Both the position numbers and the translations under genes were made by a program. From positions 496,001 to 560,000 of the forward strand of contig OX337228.1 of the NCBI GenBank assembly GCA_946965045.2: DNA of 64,000 nucleotides, read 5' to 3'. This stretch comes from Epithemia pelagica. Lineage: Eukaryota; Protista; Bacillariophyta. This document shows positions 23,653-33,770 of this stretch, piece after piece (the first letter of the stretch is position 1; every line of letters begins with the position of its first letter). The notes beneath the pieces are model-generated. The model was given only the letters and a program-made list of their open reading frames with translations, did not search any database and was not told the DNA's origin.

Positions 23653-23748
23653 ATGCGACCTAAGGAACAAGCACACAAAAGTCAAGTAAGTGGATCAAAC
23701 AATGATACTATAGAAGTATTCATCCTTTGACGCATATACCGAGTTGGT

Positions 23749-24878
23749 TTACATTTCCTTCAAACATGGACGGACGCCATTTGTACCCAACAACAAATCG
23801 CGAAACACGGCCGAGTTCTTGTCCATCAACGACAGTCTCTCACAGAAGAAGTTTCCTCCCAAACCAGATATACAAACAATACCAGTCGAAAGAGCAACCA
23901 TGGTGTGCCAGATACGTGGGACAGTCATTTCTGGAACCATTTTCCACACTTTGTTGCGTTTTGTGTCCATTATTTCAACAGACCGTAAACGGGGCCAACC
24001 TCCTGATACAACCAAGCATGATCCAACTCGATCCACAGCATGCGACCAGCGAGGCTCACTCAAAGCCAAGTCCTCATGTATCTTCCATGACAAAGACGCT
24101 GACAATACAGATGTTGCGTTGTTCCTTGTCCCTTCACGCGAATTTCTCCATTTCAAGTCTCGACTGATTTCAAGCCTTCTGCTTGTAACTCATGAGATAG
24201 ACCACCAACAACATAAATACACGGACCAATCACAGTCATTCCAAAATCATGACGAGGCACGTTCAGGGGTGGGCCTGGAAAGATATATGGTGAACTTTCT
24301 TGCATAGAGTCAATTATTTCGACGGATGCCAAAGCTTCCAAATCCACACCCCATCCACCAGCCACAACAATATACCTGTTGTGAATCGAGGCAGTGCAAC
24401 AGCAGACTCTCGCTTCCAACAATCGATATGTCAGTGTCGCCCATGGGTTCTCCTTGTAACATTTCTTGGGTGAGAGAAGACCAATGATATCAATCCGTTC
24501 AATGGTGTTCAGAAGGGAACGGCGGTCATTTCGTCCACCAATAGCGTACAAGTTGCCATTGCAGACTACCGTAGCGAGGGATTTTCTCGTTTCATTCATA
24601 GCTGGCCCCTCAATCCACTTTCTGCAGCTAGTAGATTGTTCAGCAGCATTCCAAAGGAGGAGCACTGAATTGTTGGCAATCTTTTCTTGCTTCGTTTTGC
24701 CTCCTATGACCACAACGATTTGTTCCTTGTTGTTGTGTGGAGGATGCACAACAACAGAGGCATGCCCATACCGCTCAATGGGAGGCCAGTCTTGGTCATT
24801 TCTGGTCCACAGTGCTTGTTGTTCTGGATCGCTGCCCCATACGAGGCCAGACAAGCGAGCTTGTTGTCTCACATCCAT
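23749..24878 (-). pseudogene. Kelch-repeat protein with a 1-bp frameshift near 24155 (pseudogene or sequence error)
   Basis: Repeated R.GH/GG...W kelch blades in ORF 24153..24878, continued in ORF 23749..24156 (PRWSHAVDRVGSCLVVSGG). Confidence 0.85.
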
Positions 24879-25077
24879 TTTGTATTCCTAGCTGCAATCA
24901 AGACGAAACAGTGGTTCTCGTGGTGCCTCTATCGACAAGTTCGCTTCAAAGTCTGATCGATGCTTTCGCGCTGGTTTGTGTTAGAGGGGTTGGGAAAGAA
25001 AGTAGGTAGTTTTGTGGTGACAAACAATCTGCTGGAACTGGAACGGTTGACGCGCTCGCGCCACACCAGGACCAAAC

Positions 25078-25199
25078 CAAGAAATGGTCGCGGTATTGTC
25101 GCGAGAATGGGCGAGATTTTAGCGAGACATAGTCCTCTAGGTTAGAGGCTCCTAATAGTCACTCTTTTGATTTTGAGACACTATCATGACCGTAATTTG
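25078..25199 (+). repeat. Copia-1 5' LTR (CAAG...TTTG)
   Basis: Identical to 31254-31375. Confidence 0.95.
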
Positions 25200-25221
25200 G
25201 TTTATCAGACCCAAGACTCTG
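25200..25221 (+). other. Putative primer binding site
   Basis: GTTTATCAGACCCAAGACTCTG directly after the LTR, identical in Copia-2 (36580-36601). Confidence 0.75.
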
Positions 25222-25621
25222 GTTCGAAAGGAAAAGCTATGGCACAATGGGCCTGGGAAGGTCGTGAAATATCTGGATCAAAGTTGATCCGCCCATAAGA
25301 GACACAAATGGTCTCATACTAGTCTCGAGAATTATCCAACCTGCAACGGGGAATGGACCGGACTAGTATAGAGGTGCGGTCTGCGTATGCGCGCACCTTG
25401 GGCAATGGCGGACGCGCCACTCTTTGCCGTTGAAAAGAAAAGCCTGCCATGCGACCAAGCGTTTATGACACATATGTGACGCTGGACGATGATGAATGCA
25501 GCTGTGCACGCTTTCTACCTTTTGGATTGCCAGTGTGAGATCGGGAAATGAGTGAGGCATCACACTTCCGAATACTTGAAAGTCTGAAAGAGTCCGAAAG
25601 AGAGAAGAAAGATCGAGCACC

Positions 25622-27118
25622 ATGGCTATGCCTGCACCTCCAGCTCCTCCAACTGCACAAGAATTGCTTGATGAGTTGAATGGTTACTTGCAGAATACGT
25701 TATTGATTGGACAGCAGAATGTAAGAGATGCCTTGAATGCTCAGGGCTTGATCTCAGTTAGCGATTTCGAAGGCCTTACAGAGGAGGACATCGCTGAAAT
25801 CTGCTCTAATGCAAGGAAGCCAGGTGGGACAATCAACAATCCTGCTTATGACGTGGCAAATCCAGTGGCCGGTGTACCTGCAACGATTACCAATCCAGGC
25901 GTCTTAGTTGGCCATGTAATCGAGAAAAGACTTAAGATGTTACGCTACTATGTGCATCATCTAAAGAAGATCTCGAGGAAGTTTGACCCGGCAGCTGCAC
26001 ATGCTTCTTTGCAGAAGTTACAAGACCTATATCGTTTCAAAACAAGCGAGGAGGAGTATGACAACGATATCGAGCTCCCTGAACGCTTGACCTCGGTTGA
26101 TAACATCCGGACTGTGTTAGAGGATCTCGACGATTATTTCGAAAGGAAGAGAGGATGCACAGGAATCCCTCTAGCCGCTTATACGAGGACGATCCAGGCA
26201 ATCCCTGAAGTTGATGTGGATCCAGGATTTGGCACCCCAAGCATTATCAGGGAACTGATCCGACGTGCGCCACATGCTGGCCCCACTGCTTTGACGGACA
26301 ACGAGGCAGTTTGGGATGCCGTTCGACATGTAACCCACGATGGGCCGGGTTGGGGTTGGGTCCAAGCCTTCAGTAGATCCAGGAATGGCCGCCAAGCGTA
26401 TTTGGCTCTCAGAAGCCACTACTTTGGCGACGCTTACCAAACAAGGTTGAGGGCTAAAGCAGATCAAATCCTCGAAACGAACTACTATGATGGTACCAAA
26501 AGAAACTTCACTTATGAAAGGTACATTGAGACTCTGCAGAGAGCATTTGCTGACTTGGAATCCACTGGAGAATTCGTCAGTCATGAAAGGAAAGTCCGTA
26601 TCTTAATGACAGGAGTGCACGATCCTAGATTGGAAAGTGCCAAGAACACAATATTGGCTACTCCGGATCTGCGTGTCACTTTCGAATCGGCATCCAACTA
26701 CCTTGCTGAAGTATTGGATAATAAGGTATCGTACAGTGCTACGACCCGTAAGGCACGAATTTCAGCGGTCCATGTTAACAAGAAGAAACAGAATGGCCAT
26801 GGCAACGGCAACAAAGGAAAGGGGAACGATGATTCTACAGAATTCAACCCCAACAAGTATTACCCTTTCCGCAAATGGATCAAGTTAACAAAAGAGCAAC
26901 AAGCTATGGTCCGGGCAGCACGAGACTCCCAGAACAGTAGTACCAAGAAAAGGACCGCCTCGGCTGTTAAGACAGGGAAAGGCAAGAAAAGAAAGAATGA
27001 AAGCAATTCCACCACGACGACTGAAGATTCTTCCTGCAGTGATTGTGAAGAAGAGAACAAAACCTCTGGAATCGGTGCAATCATAAGTCGTAGAAAGAAA
27101 GGAAAGGACCAAATCTGA
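25622..27118 (+). CDS. gag: Copia-1 Gag (498 aa)
   Basis: Long ORF after the 5' UTR, homologous to 37025..38557; basic C-terminus; no CCHC knuckle seen. Confidence 0.9.
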   Translation: MAMPAPPAPPTAQELLDELNGYLQNTLLIGQQNVRDALNAQGLISVSDFEGLTEEDIAEICSNARKPGGTINNPAYDVANPVAGVPATITNPGVLVGHVIEKRLKMLRYYVHHLKKISRKFDPAAAHASLQKLQDLYRFKTSEEEYDNDIELPERLTSVDNIRTVLEDLDDYFERKRGCTGIPLAAYTRTIQAIPEVDVDPGFGTPSIIRELIRRAPHAGPTALTDNEAVWDAVRHVTHDGPGWGWVQAFSRSRNGRQAYLALRSHYFGDAYQTRLRAKADQILETNYYDGTKRNFTYERYIETLQRAFADLESTGEFVSHERKVRILMTGVHDPRLESAKNTILATPDLRVTFESASNYLAEVLDNKVSYSATTRKARISAVHVNKKKQNGHGNGNKGKGNDDSTEFNPNKYYPFRKWIKLTKEQQAMVRAARDSQNSSTKKRTASAVKTGKGKKRKNESNSTTTTEDSSCSDCEEENKTSGIGAIISRRKKGKDQI

Positions 27119-30100
27119 CGGTCCATCAGCATGCTCTCCAAAGACCTGGAAGTAGCAACATCCACCTGTGAGCTCGTCAGTCATGCCGACACGTGTTGTC
27201 TTGGCAGTATCTGTTTAAAACTCTACGAGACGGACAAGGCAGAAGTGAGCGGCTTCACCAACACGCTCGGCAGTATCAAAGAAACCCCTATCATCACAGG
27301 GGTAGTTGCATACGATGATCCTGTTTCAGGAGAAACGTACCTTCTGTACTTTCACCAGTCATTGCATCTTCCCATGATGGACAAATGCCTTCTCAACCCT
27401 AATCAAATGAGGGATGCAGGCATCGTGGTGAATGATGTTCCTTTGAAGTACTTGAAAGAAGAAGAAAGAGAAGCAACTTCTCATTCAATTGTTGCTCCAA
27501 TAGACGGACAAAGCGAGAACCTCATTATTCCCTTCAATCTTGTGGGAGTCATGAGTAGTTTCACCGTAAGGAAACCAACATGGGACGAGATAAAAGAAGT
27601 CGATCCGTCCAATAGAATCCACATGACGAATGAAAACCCAGAATGGAGTCCGAATGACTCAACAGATGATGTTGATGAAAGTAAACTCCGGATTGACTTG
27701 GGTAGTAATTCGATCAGAAAGAAAGAACCAAGAAATTTACACCAACGAATGGCACGGATGGTCCGTGTGAATACAAGGACGATAGCTGACATCCGCCATC
27801 GTCGAAAGGGGACCATTGACCCCATAACTCTGTCAACAAGATGGGGAATAGGAATCCCAACAGCTGAAAAGACTTGTGCTGCGACGACTCAATTGGGGAT
27901 CCGTGACTTCTCAGAGTCAATTGGCAGCAGAAGGTTGAAACATACCTCGTATCAACTCAAGCACAGGAGGCTAAGAGCAGATGTTTACACCGACACTCTC
28001 TTTTCGGACATAAAGTCCCTCGGCCAGAATACCTGTGGGCAGATTTATGCCACCGAATTTGGCTGGGTACAATTTTACCCAATGCAAAAGAAGAAAGATG
28101 CTCATCGTACGTTGGAACAAGTCTTTAATGACTTTGGAGTTTTCAACAGTGTCATCCCCGACAATGCGCCGGAGTTGACCAGTGGTACGTTTCGGAAGAC
28201 CGCCCATAAGTTTGGTTGTCGCATAAGGCCCATAGAGGCATGGACACCAAATCAAAATTTAGCGGAGGCCAACATCAGAGAATTAAAGCGCATGTACAGG
28301 CGAGAAATGAGGAGAACAAATTGCCCTGGAGTTCTTTGGGACCATTGTCTCGAACTAATGGCACGGAGAAGGTCGCACACTGTGTTGACATCCAGTCCGT
28401 ATGATGAAGGCCCACCAATGAAGGTCCTGACTGGTGACACACCAGACATTTCGCATTTAGTGGAGCATCGATGGTATGACCCCGTTTGGTATTCGAATCC
28501 CGGATTCGAAGGCAGGAAACTGGGAAGATGGTTAGGCCCGAGCCACAGTGTAGGGCAAGCCATGAGTTCAAAAATACTCACCGCAAAAGGGAAGATCGTG
28601 CACAGAACATCTGTCTGGCCGTTGTCCATAGAAAAATCACATGATGAGACATTCGCAGCTCAGAAGGACCAGTTTGACGACTCCCTAAGAGAGGCACTGG
28701 GAGCACGAATGGAAGGTCTACCACCAGATGAAGACGACGACCCAGATGAATATGACACCACAACTCCGCATTATGAACCCTATGAAGACGACGAGCAAGG
28801 GGACGTTAGAAAGCCCGAGATGGATGAGCACAAGGTGGACTCATATGACAAGTTGATTTCTGCCAAGGTAATGCTTCCACTCGGTGATTCCCTGAGGGCC
28901 GGTCAAGTTAAAAGGAGAAAGCGGGATGCGAGTGGTAATTTGGTTGGTCGTGCATCCACGAATCCTTACCTCGATACCTCCATGTATGAGGTAGAATTCC
29001 AAGATGGGCATGTAGAGGCTTATGCAGCCAATATCATTGCCGAGAACATATACAAACAATTAGACGACGAGGGCAATCGTTATCGTCTCATTGATCAAAT
29101 AATTGATCATAAGAAAGATGCTCGTGCAATCCCCTTGTCGGACAGCACAATCACTTTAAATGGGCGCGAACACAAGAAAAGAACGACAAGAGGATGGTCG
29201 CTCTGTGTTCAATGGCGCGATGGCTCAACAAGTTGGGAACTCTTGAAGGACCTAAAGGAATCAAACCCTCTTGAGGTCGCAGAGTATGCGGTTGCCAATA
29301 TGATCGACAAAGAACCCGCTTTTGCATGGTGGGTCGGGTTCACATTGAAAAGAAGAGACCGACTCATTAAAGCTGCCAAAACAACAAGGTACATGAGAAA
29401 ATGGCAAAAGTATGGGATAGAAATCCCGAAGACGGTCGAGAGAGCATTGCAAATCGATAAGGAGACAGGTACTGACTTTTGGGCGAAAGCACTCCGTCTC
29501 GAAATGTCGAAGATAGTACCAGCAGTGAAGATCTTGGACGAGGGAGTCCCACATCCCGTGGGGCATCAGATCATTCCGTGTCACATCGTTTTTGATGTTA
29601 AAATGGACTTCACCAGGAAGGCCAGGTTCGTCGCAGGAGGCCATAAGACTCAGGAACCTGAGACCCCAACTTATGCGAGCGTTGTGTCAAGGGAAAGCGT
29701 CAGAATTGGCTTCCTCTTAGCCGCTCTGAATGGTATTGACGTGATTGCTGCAGACATCGCTGGAGCTTACTTGAATGCTCCATGCCATGAAAGGATTTGC
29801 ATGAAATGTGGATTGGAGTTTGGCAAAGAATTTGAAGGCCGTTTTGCCATCATTACCAAAGCATTATATGGCTTAAAAACGAGCGCATTCGCCTGGAGAG
29901 AACACCTGTCCACAACGTTGCAGGAGTCACTTGGGTTTCAAGCCTGTAGGGCAGACCCCGACGTCTACATGCGTCCGTCAACAAAATCGGATGGTACAAA
30001 GTATTATGAACTGGTATTCATATACATTGATGATGTACTCGTGATTTCGAACCAAGGGAAAGAGATCTTGAACATGTTGGATCAGCATTATTTGCTGAAA

Positions 30101-31102
30101 CCTGATTCGGTCGGCCCTCCTAAATTATATCTCGGCAACCAGGTGGAGACGTTTGACATCGACAACGATAGTTCGAAGCGTTGTTGGGCTTTAAGCTCCA
30201 GGAGATACGCCAAAGAAGCGATCAGGAATGTTCAAACATGGATGGATGGTCGAGGGATGCAACTCAAGACGAGGACATCCGGCGTCTTACCTTCTAATTA
30301 TCGTCCAGAATTGGACACGAGTTCCTACTGTGACCCTGATTGGATGAACTTCTATCAGCAACAGATCGGTGTTTTAAGATGGTTAGTTGAGCTCGGCCGT
30401 ATAGACATCACGGCGGAAGTATCAATGCTGGCAGCGTTCTTGGCTGCACCAAGAGAAGGTCATGTGCACGCTATGCTACATATATTCGCGTACATCAATA
30501 CACACGATCGGTCAAGGTTGGTACTGGACCCAGAGTACATCACTCATGGGGAAGAACCTTCAGCGGATTGGACAGGGTTTTATCCAGACTCTAAAGAGGA
30601 GATTCCCCCTGATGCACCAGAACCGCTCGGCAAGGCAGTACAAATGACCGCTTTCGTCGATTCAGATCATGCTGGCGATTTAGTCACAAGGAGATCAAGA
30701 ACAGGAGTGTTGATCTTCTTGAACAGAGCTCCCATCAATTGGTACAGTAAAAAGCAGACGAGCGTAGAAACATCTACATTTGGGTCTGAGTTCATGGCCT
30801 TGAAAGTTGGTGTGGAGATGATTAAAGGACTCCGATACAAATTAAGGATGATGGGTGTCCCATTGGAGGGGCATACCCATATCAGAGTCGACAACATGTC
30901 AGTTGTCCAGAACAGTTCAAGGCCCGAGTCAGTACTGCGAAAGAAGTCCAATGCGATAGCATATCATTTTGTTCGTGAGAATGTGGCGAATGGTACTTGT
31001 CGTATTGCTTATGAACCTTCTCGTACTAACCTTGCAGATCTTTTAACCAAGATTCAGACAGGAACGGAAAGGACTCGTTTGGCATCAATGATATTGTTCT
31101 AA
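27119..31102 (+). CDS. pol: Copia-1 Pol (PR-IN-RT-RNase H), in frame with gag after TGA
   Basis: SHADT protease, YTDT/PDNA/AEANI integrase core, KARFVAGG/DIAGAYL/LYGLK/YIDD RT, DSDHAG/ETSTFGSE/NLADLLTK RNase H. Confidence 0.95.
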   Translation, partial: RSISMLSKDLEVATSTCELVSHADTCCLGSICLKLYETDKAEVSGFTNTLGSIKETPIITGVVAYDDPVSGETYLLYFHQSLHLPMMDKCLLNPNQMRDAGIVVNDVPLKYLKEEEREATSHSIVAPIDGQSENLIIPFNLVGVMSSFTVRKPTWDEIKEVDPSNRIHMTNENPEWSPNDSTDDVDESKLRIDLGSNSIRKKEPRNLHQRMARMVRVNTRTIADIRHRRKGTIDPITLSTRWGIGIPTAEKTCAATTQLGIRDFSESIGSRRLKHTSYQLKHRRLRADVYTDTLFSDIKSLGQNTCGQIYATEFGWVQFYPMQKKKDAHRTLEQVFNDFGVFNSVIPDNAPELTSGTFRKTAHKFGCRIRPIEAWTPNQNLAEANIRELKRMYRREMRRTNCPGVLWDHCLELMARRRSHTVLTSSPYDEGPPMKVLTGDTPDISHLVEHRWYDPVWYSNPGFEGRKLGRWLGPSHSVGQAMSSKILTAKGKIVHRTSVWPLSIEKSHDETFAAQKDQFDDSLREALGARMEGLPPDEDDDPDEYDTTTPHYEPYEDDEQGDVRKPEMDEHKVDSYDKLISAKVMLPLGDSLRAGQVKRRKRDASGNLVGRASTNPYLDTSMYEVEFQDGHVEAYAANIIAENIYKQLDDEGNRYRLIDQIIDHKKDARAIPLSDSTITLNGREHKKRTTRGWSLCVQWRDGSTSWELLKDLKESNPLEVAEYAVANMIDKEPAFAWWVGFTLKRRDRLIKAAKTTRYMRKWQKYGIEIPKTVERALQIDKETGTDFWAKALRLEMSKIVPAVKILDEGVPHPVGHQIIPCHIVFDVKMDFTRKARFVAGGHKTQEPETPTYASVVSRESVRIGFLLAALNGIDVIAADIAGAYLNAPCHERICMKCGLEFGKEFEGRFAIITKALYGLKTSAFAWREHLSTTLQESLGFQACRADPDVYMRPSTKSDGTKYYELVFIYIDDVLVISNQGKEILNMLDQHYLLKPDSVGPPKLYLGNQVETFDIDNDSSKRCWALSSRRYAKEAIRNVQTWMDGRGMQLKTRTSGVLPSNYRPELDTSSYCDPDWMNFYQQQIGVLRWLVELGRIDITAEVSMLAAFLAAPREGHVHAMLHIFAYINTHDRSRLVLDPEYITHGEEPSADWTGFYPDSKEEIPPDAPEPLGKAVQMTAFVDSDHAGDLVTRRSRTGVLIFLNRAPINWYSKKQTSVETSTFGSEFMALKVGVEMIKGLRYKLRMMGVPLEGHTHIRVDNMSVVQNSSRPESVLRKKSNAIAYHFVRENVANGTCRIAYEPSRTNLADLLTKIQTGTERTRLASMILF

Positions 31103-31253
31103 GTGCGTTTCCCGCCGACGTGTCGGGTCGGGTTTGGGTACGTCCTGCACTCATTGTGAATGGGCTTTAAGCAGGTTATGAAGGAATGGAATGGTGAAAT
31201 TGGGTATAGAGACACGATTACCCTAGCAAATAGCCAGTAAATCGCGAGGGGAC

Positions 31254-31375
31254 CAAGAAATGGTCGCGGTATTGTCGCGAGAATGGGCGAGATTTTAGCG
31301 AGACATAGTCCTCTAGGTTAGAGGCTCCTAATAGTCACTCTTTTGATTTTGAGACACTATCATGACCGTAATTTG
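31254..31375 (+). repeat. Copia-1 3' LTR
   Basis: Preceded by the PPT, followed by TSD AAAC. Confidence 0.95.
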
Positions 31376-31638
31376 AAACGGTCGAGCGTGGGTAGTCCTG
31401 GTCCCGTTGACTCGGGTCATTCTCGTTTCCCCAACAAAACCACAGACCCCATTTTCTCCATCACATCATCTCCTCTTCCAATACGCATATCTAGATTAGA
31501 TCGATTGTTCTCTCTCTCTCTCCTTTTGTGTTGGAACCAACCGAGTGTGTTGCCACTCCATCAACACGATTCAAGAAGGAGACTGTGCTCCCAGAAAGTC
31601 CGAAAGAGAGAGAAAAAGAGAGAGGGGTTACCATCAGC

Positions 31639-33770
31639 ATGCCATGGCGAGAACGGAGTGCTGGTGCTGGCGCTGCCAGTCGACGACAACAAGGGACCGT
31701 TTCGAATCAGTTGCGGCAACCGCAATTGCAACCACAGTCTCGTCCTCTTCCTCGTCCTCCTTCTAGTCGGTCGTTGCGGCTGGTCGTGTTGGTCGGAGTC
31801 TTTGTATGCCTGTTGCTGCACCGATTGGTTCAATTCTGGCATATCTTGGACGAACGAGAACAAGACGAACAAGCACTTGAGGACAGTTTGTTTTCGTTGC
31901 CACGACAATCACCACCAGCAACAAAAGCAACAGCAACAGTAACCACCACACCAAGAAGCAGCATTCCACCAACCACACGACCAGCACCAGCACCAAGAGG
32001 AGAATCCCCTGCTTTGGCACAACAAGACCATGACTTTACCACCACCATTCTTCAGAGTGACATGAACGACACGAACCACCACACGTTGGCGGCCAAAGTG
32101 ACTGCTACTGCCTCGTTGTCCTCCTTTTCCTCGACCGAGAGAACGACATTCGAATCGCCGCAGACGGCTCCTTCTGCTGCTGCTCCTGCTCCTCCCAGTC
32201 GTTCGGTTCAGCTTCCGGACGATTCTGACGACACGGTGTGTCTGTGGACCTCCACGCACCCAACAAGGACGACCAACACCACCAACAACAATACCAGAAA
32301 CAACAGCACTCTCACCACAATAACGACGACAACATGGCCCTCCCCGTACATGACTCGACTCTATACCTGTGGTTATGACAAGACACGATTGTTGCGACTC
32401 GTGTTTCCCGAGGAATTTGCCACCATTCCCATTGATACCTCCTTCGCATTCCCCCCTCCTTTTGGACCCGCTTGGCGGCGGCCACCACCACCAATACCAC
32501 CACCAGTTCTAAAAATGAAACCGAAGCGGACGTGCACACGTGGTTGCGAGGCTTGGCCGTCCCTCATGCGACGGTGCACGATGTCTTGGTTCTGGGGAGC
32601 AATGGGTATTGTTTTCACAGTGGTCGAGGTGGTCGCGCCTTTGGAACGGCTCGGTTCGACCAGCTCTTTCCCGGCACGATTGTGCACTGGAATGGCGAAT
32701 CCTATGGCGTCCGCGGCCTCGAACAACATGTCCACCAGTGGCAGGACCAGCAGCTGCAACGACAGCAACGACGACAAGAACAACACCAAGGAGAATTACT
32801 ACCGCAAGAACCGCACGGACGGTCACTCAACAACGACGACAACAACACTCGCTCTCTACCAGAATCATCATCTCAGTCCAGTCCTCCCGTACCTGCTGCT
32901 GCTTCATCTTTTGAGTTTCGTCGCAGTTTGCATGTCGGATACCTGGCCGATTCTCCCTGGAGTGTGCAAATCACCTTTGCCGCACAAACCGTCGTGGAAG
33001 CTCCGGCACGGATGCAAGAATGGTTGTGGAATCCGGCCCTGAAACCACGAACCACGGGACAAGCCTTTTTGATTTATACCCATGGCAATTGTGTCCCCTA
33101 CCGGGAACAAGCCCTGCTGGATATTGCCGAGGCCGTCCAACAACCCGTCGACTATGGAGGACTGTGTCGAGGTACGGAACACCACTATGCATCGTGGTTG
33201 CAAAAACAAGAACGACACCAACAACAGTACCACCAACAACAACCACCACAAGACCGTATCGCCGCACCTGTTTCTCCACCGCGACATTCGAAACACGAGT
33301 ACGACACCTTGGCTCAAACCTGGGTCCAACCGGCCCAGTATCCACCCAAAAAAGACGCGGGTCGATGGATGACCAAATATCAATCCTATCGCAATTATCG
33401 CTTTTGTCTCGTGTTGGAAAATACGGCACAAGACGGCTACATTACCGAAAAGCTACTCTTGGCCTTTTGGGGTGGGTGTATTCCCATTTATTATGGCACC
33501 CCACACGTGTTGGACATGTTTAATCCACGAGCCTTGATTTTTTACAATATAAGCAATCCCCAACCGGCCTTGGATCGGATTGTCGCCTTGGAACGCAATA
33601 CGACGGCCTATCGTCACGTGGCACGGCATGAACCCATTTTGGCATCACCCAAGGCCTGGTCCCAGTACTTTGACTTGACGGGACCCCAATCCATTTTGAA
33701 GCAACGGATTCGACACCGCATGACCTGTCTCTTGGCCAGTCTCTTGGAACAAGAACAAGAAGAGACTTGA
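31639..33770 (+). pseudogene. GT10 alpha-1,3/4-fucosyltransferase-like type II membrane protein, one frameshift near 32465
   Basis: TM helix and stem in ORF 31528..33042; catalytic part in ORF 32472..33770 with YRFCLVLEN...GYITEKLLLAFWGGCIPIYYG (GT10 motif). Confidence 0.85.

Larger units (their letters stand above)
25078..31375 (+). mobile_element. Ty1/Copia LTR retrotransposon 1 (CoDi-like), structurally intact
   Basis: Identical 122-bp LTRs (25078-25199, 31254-31375), TSD AAAC, PBS 25200-25221, PPT GAGGGGAC 31246-31253, domain order gag-PR-IN-RT-RH. Confidence 0.97.
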
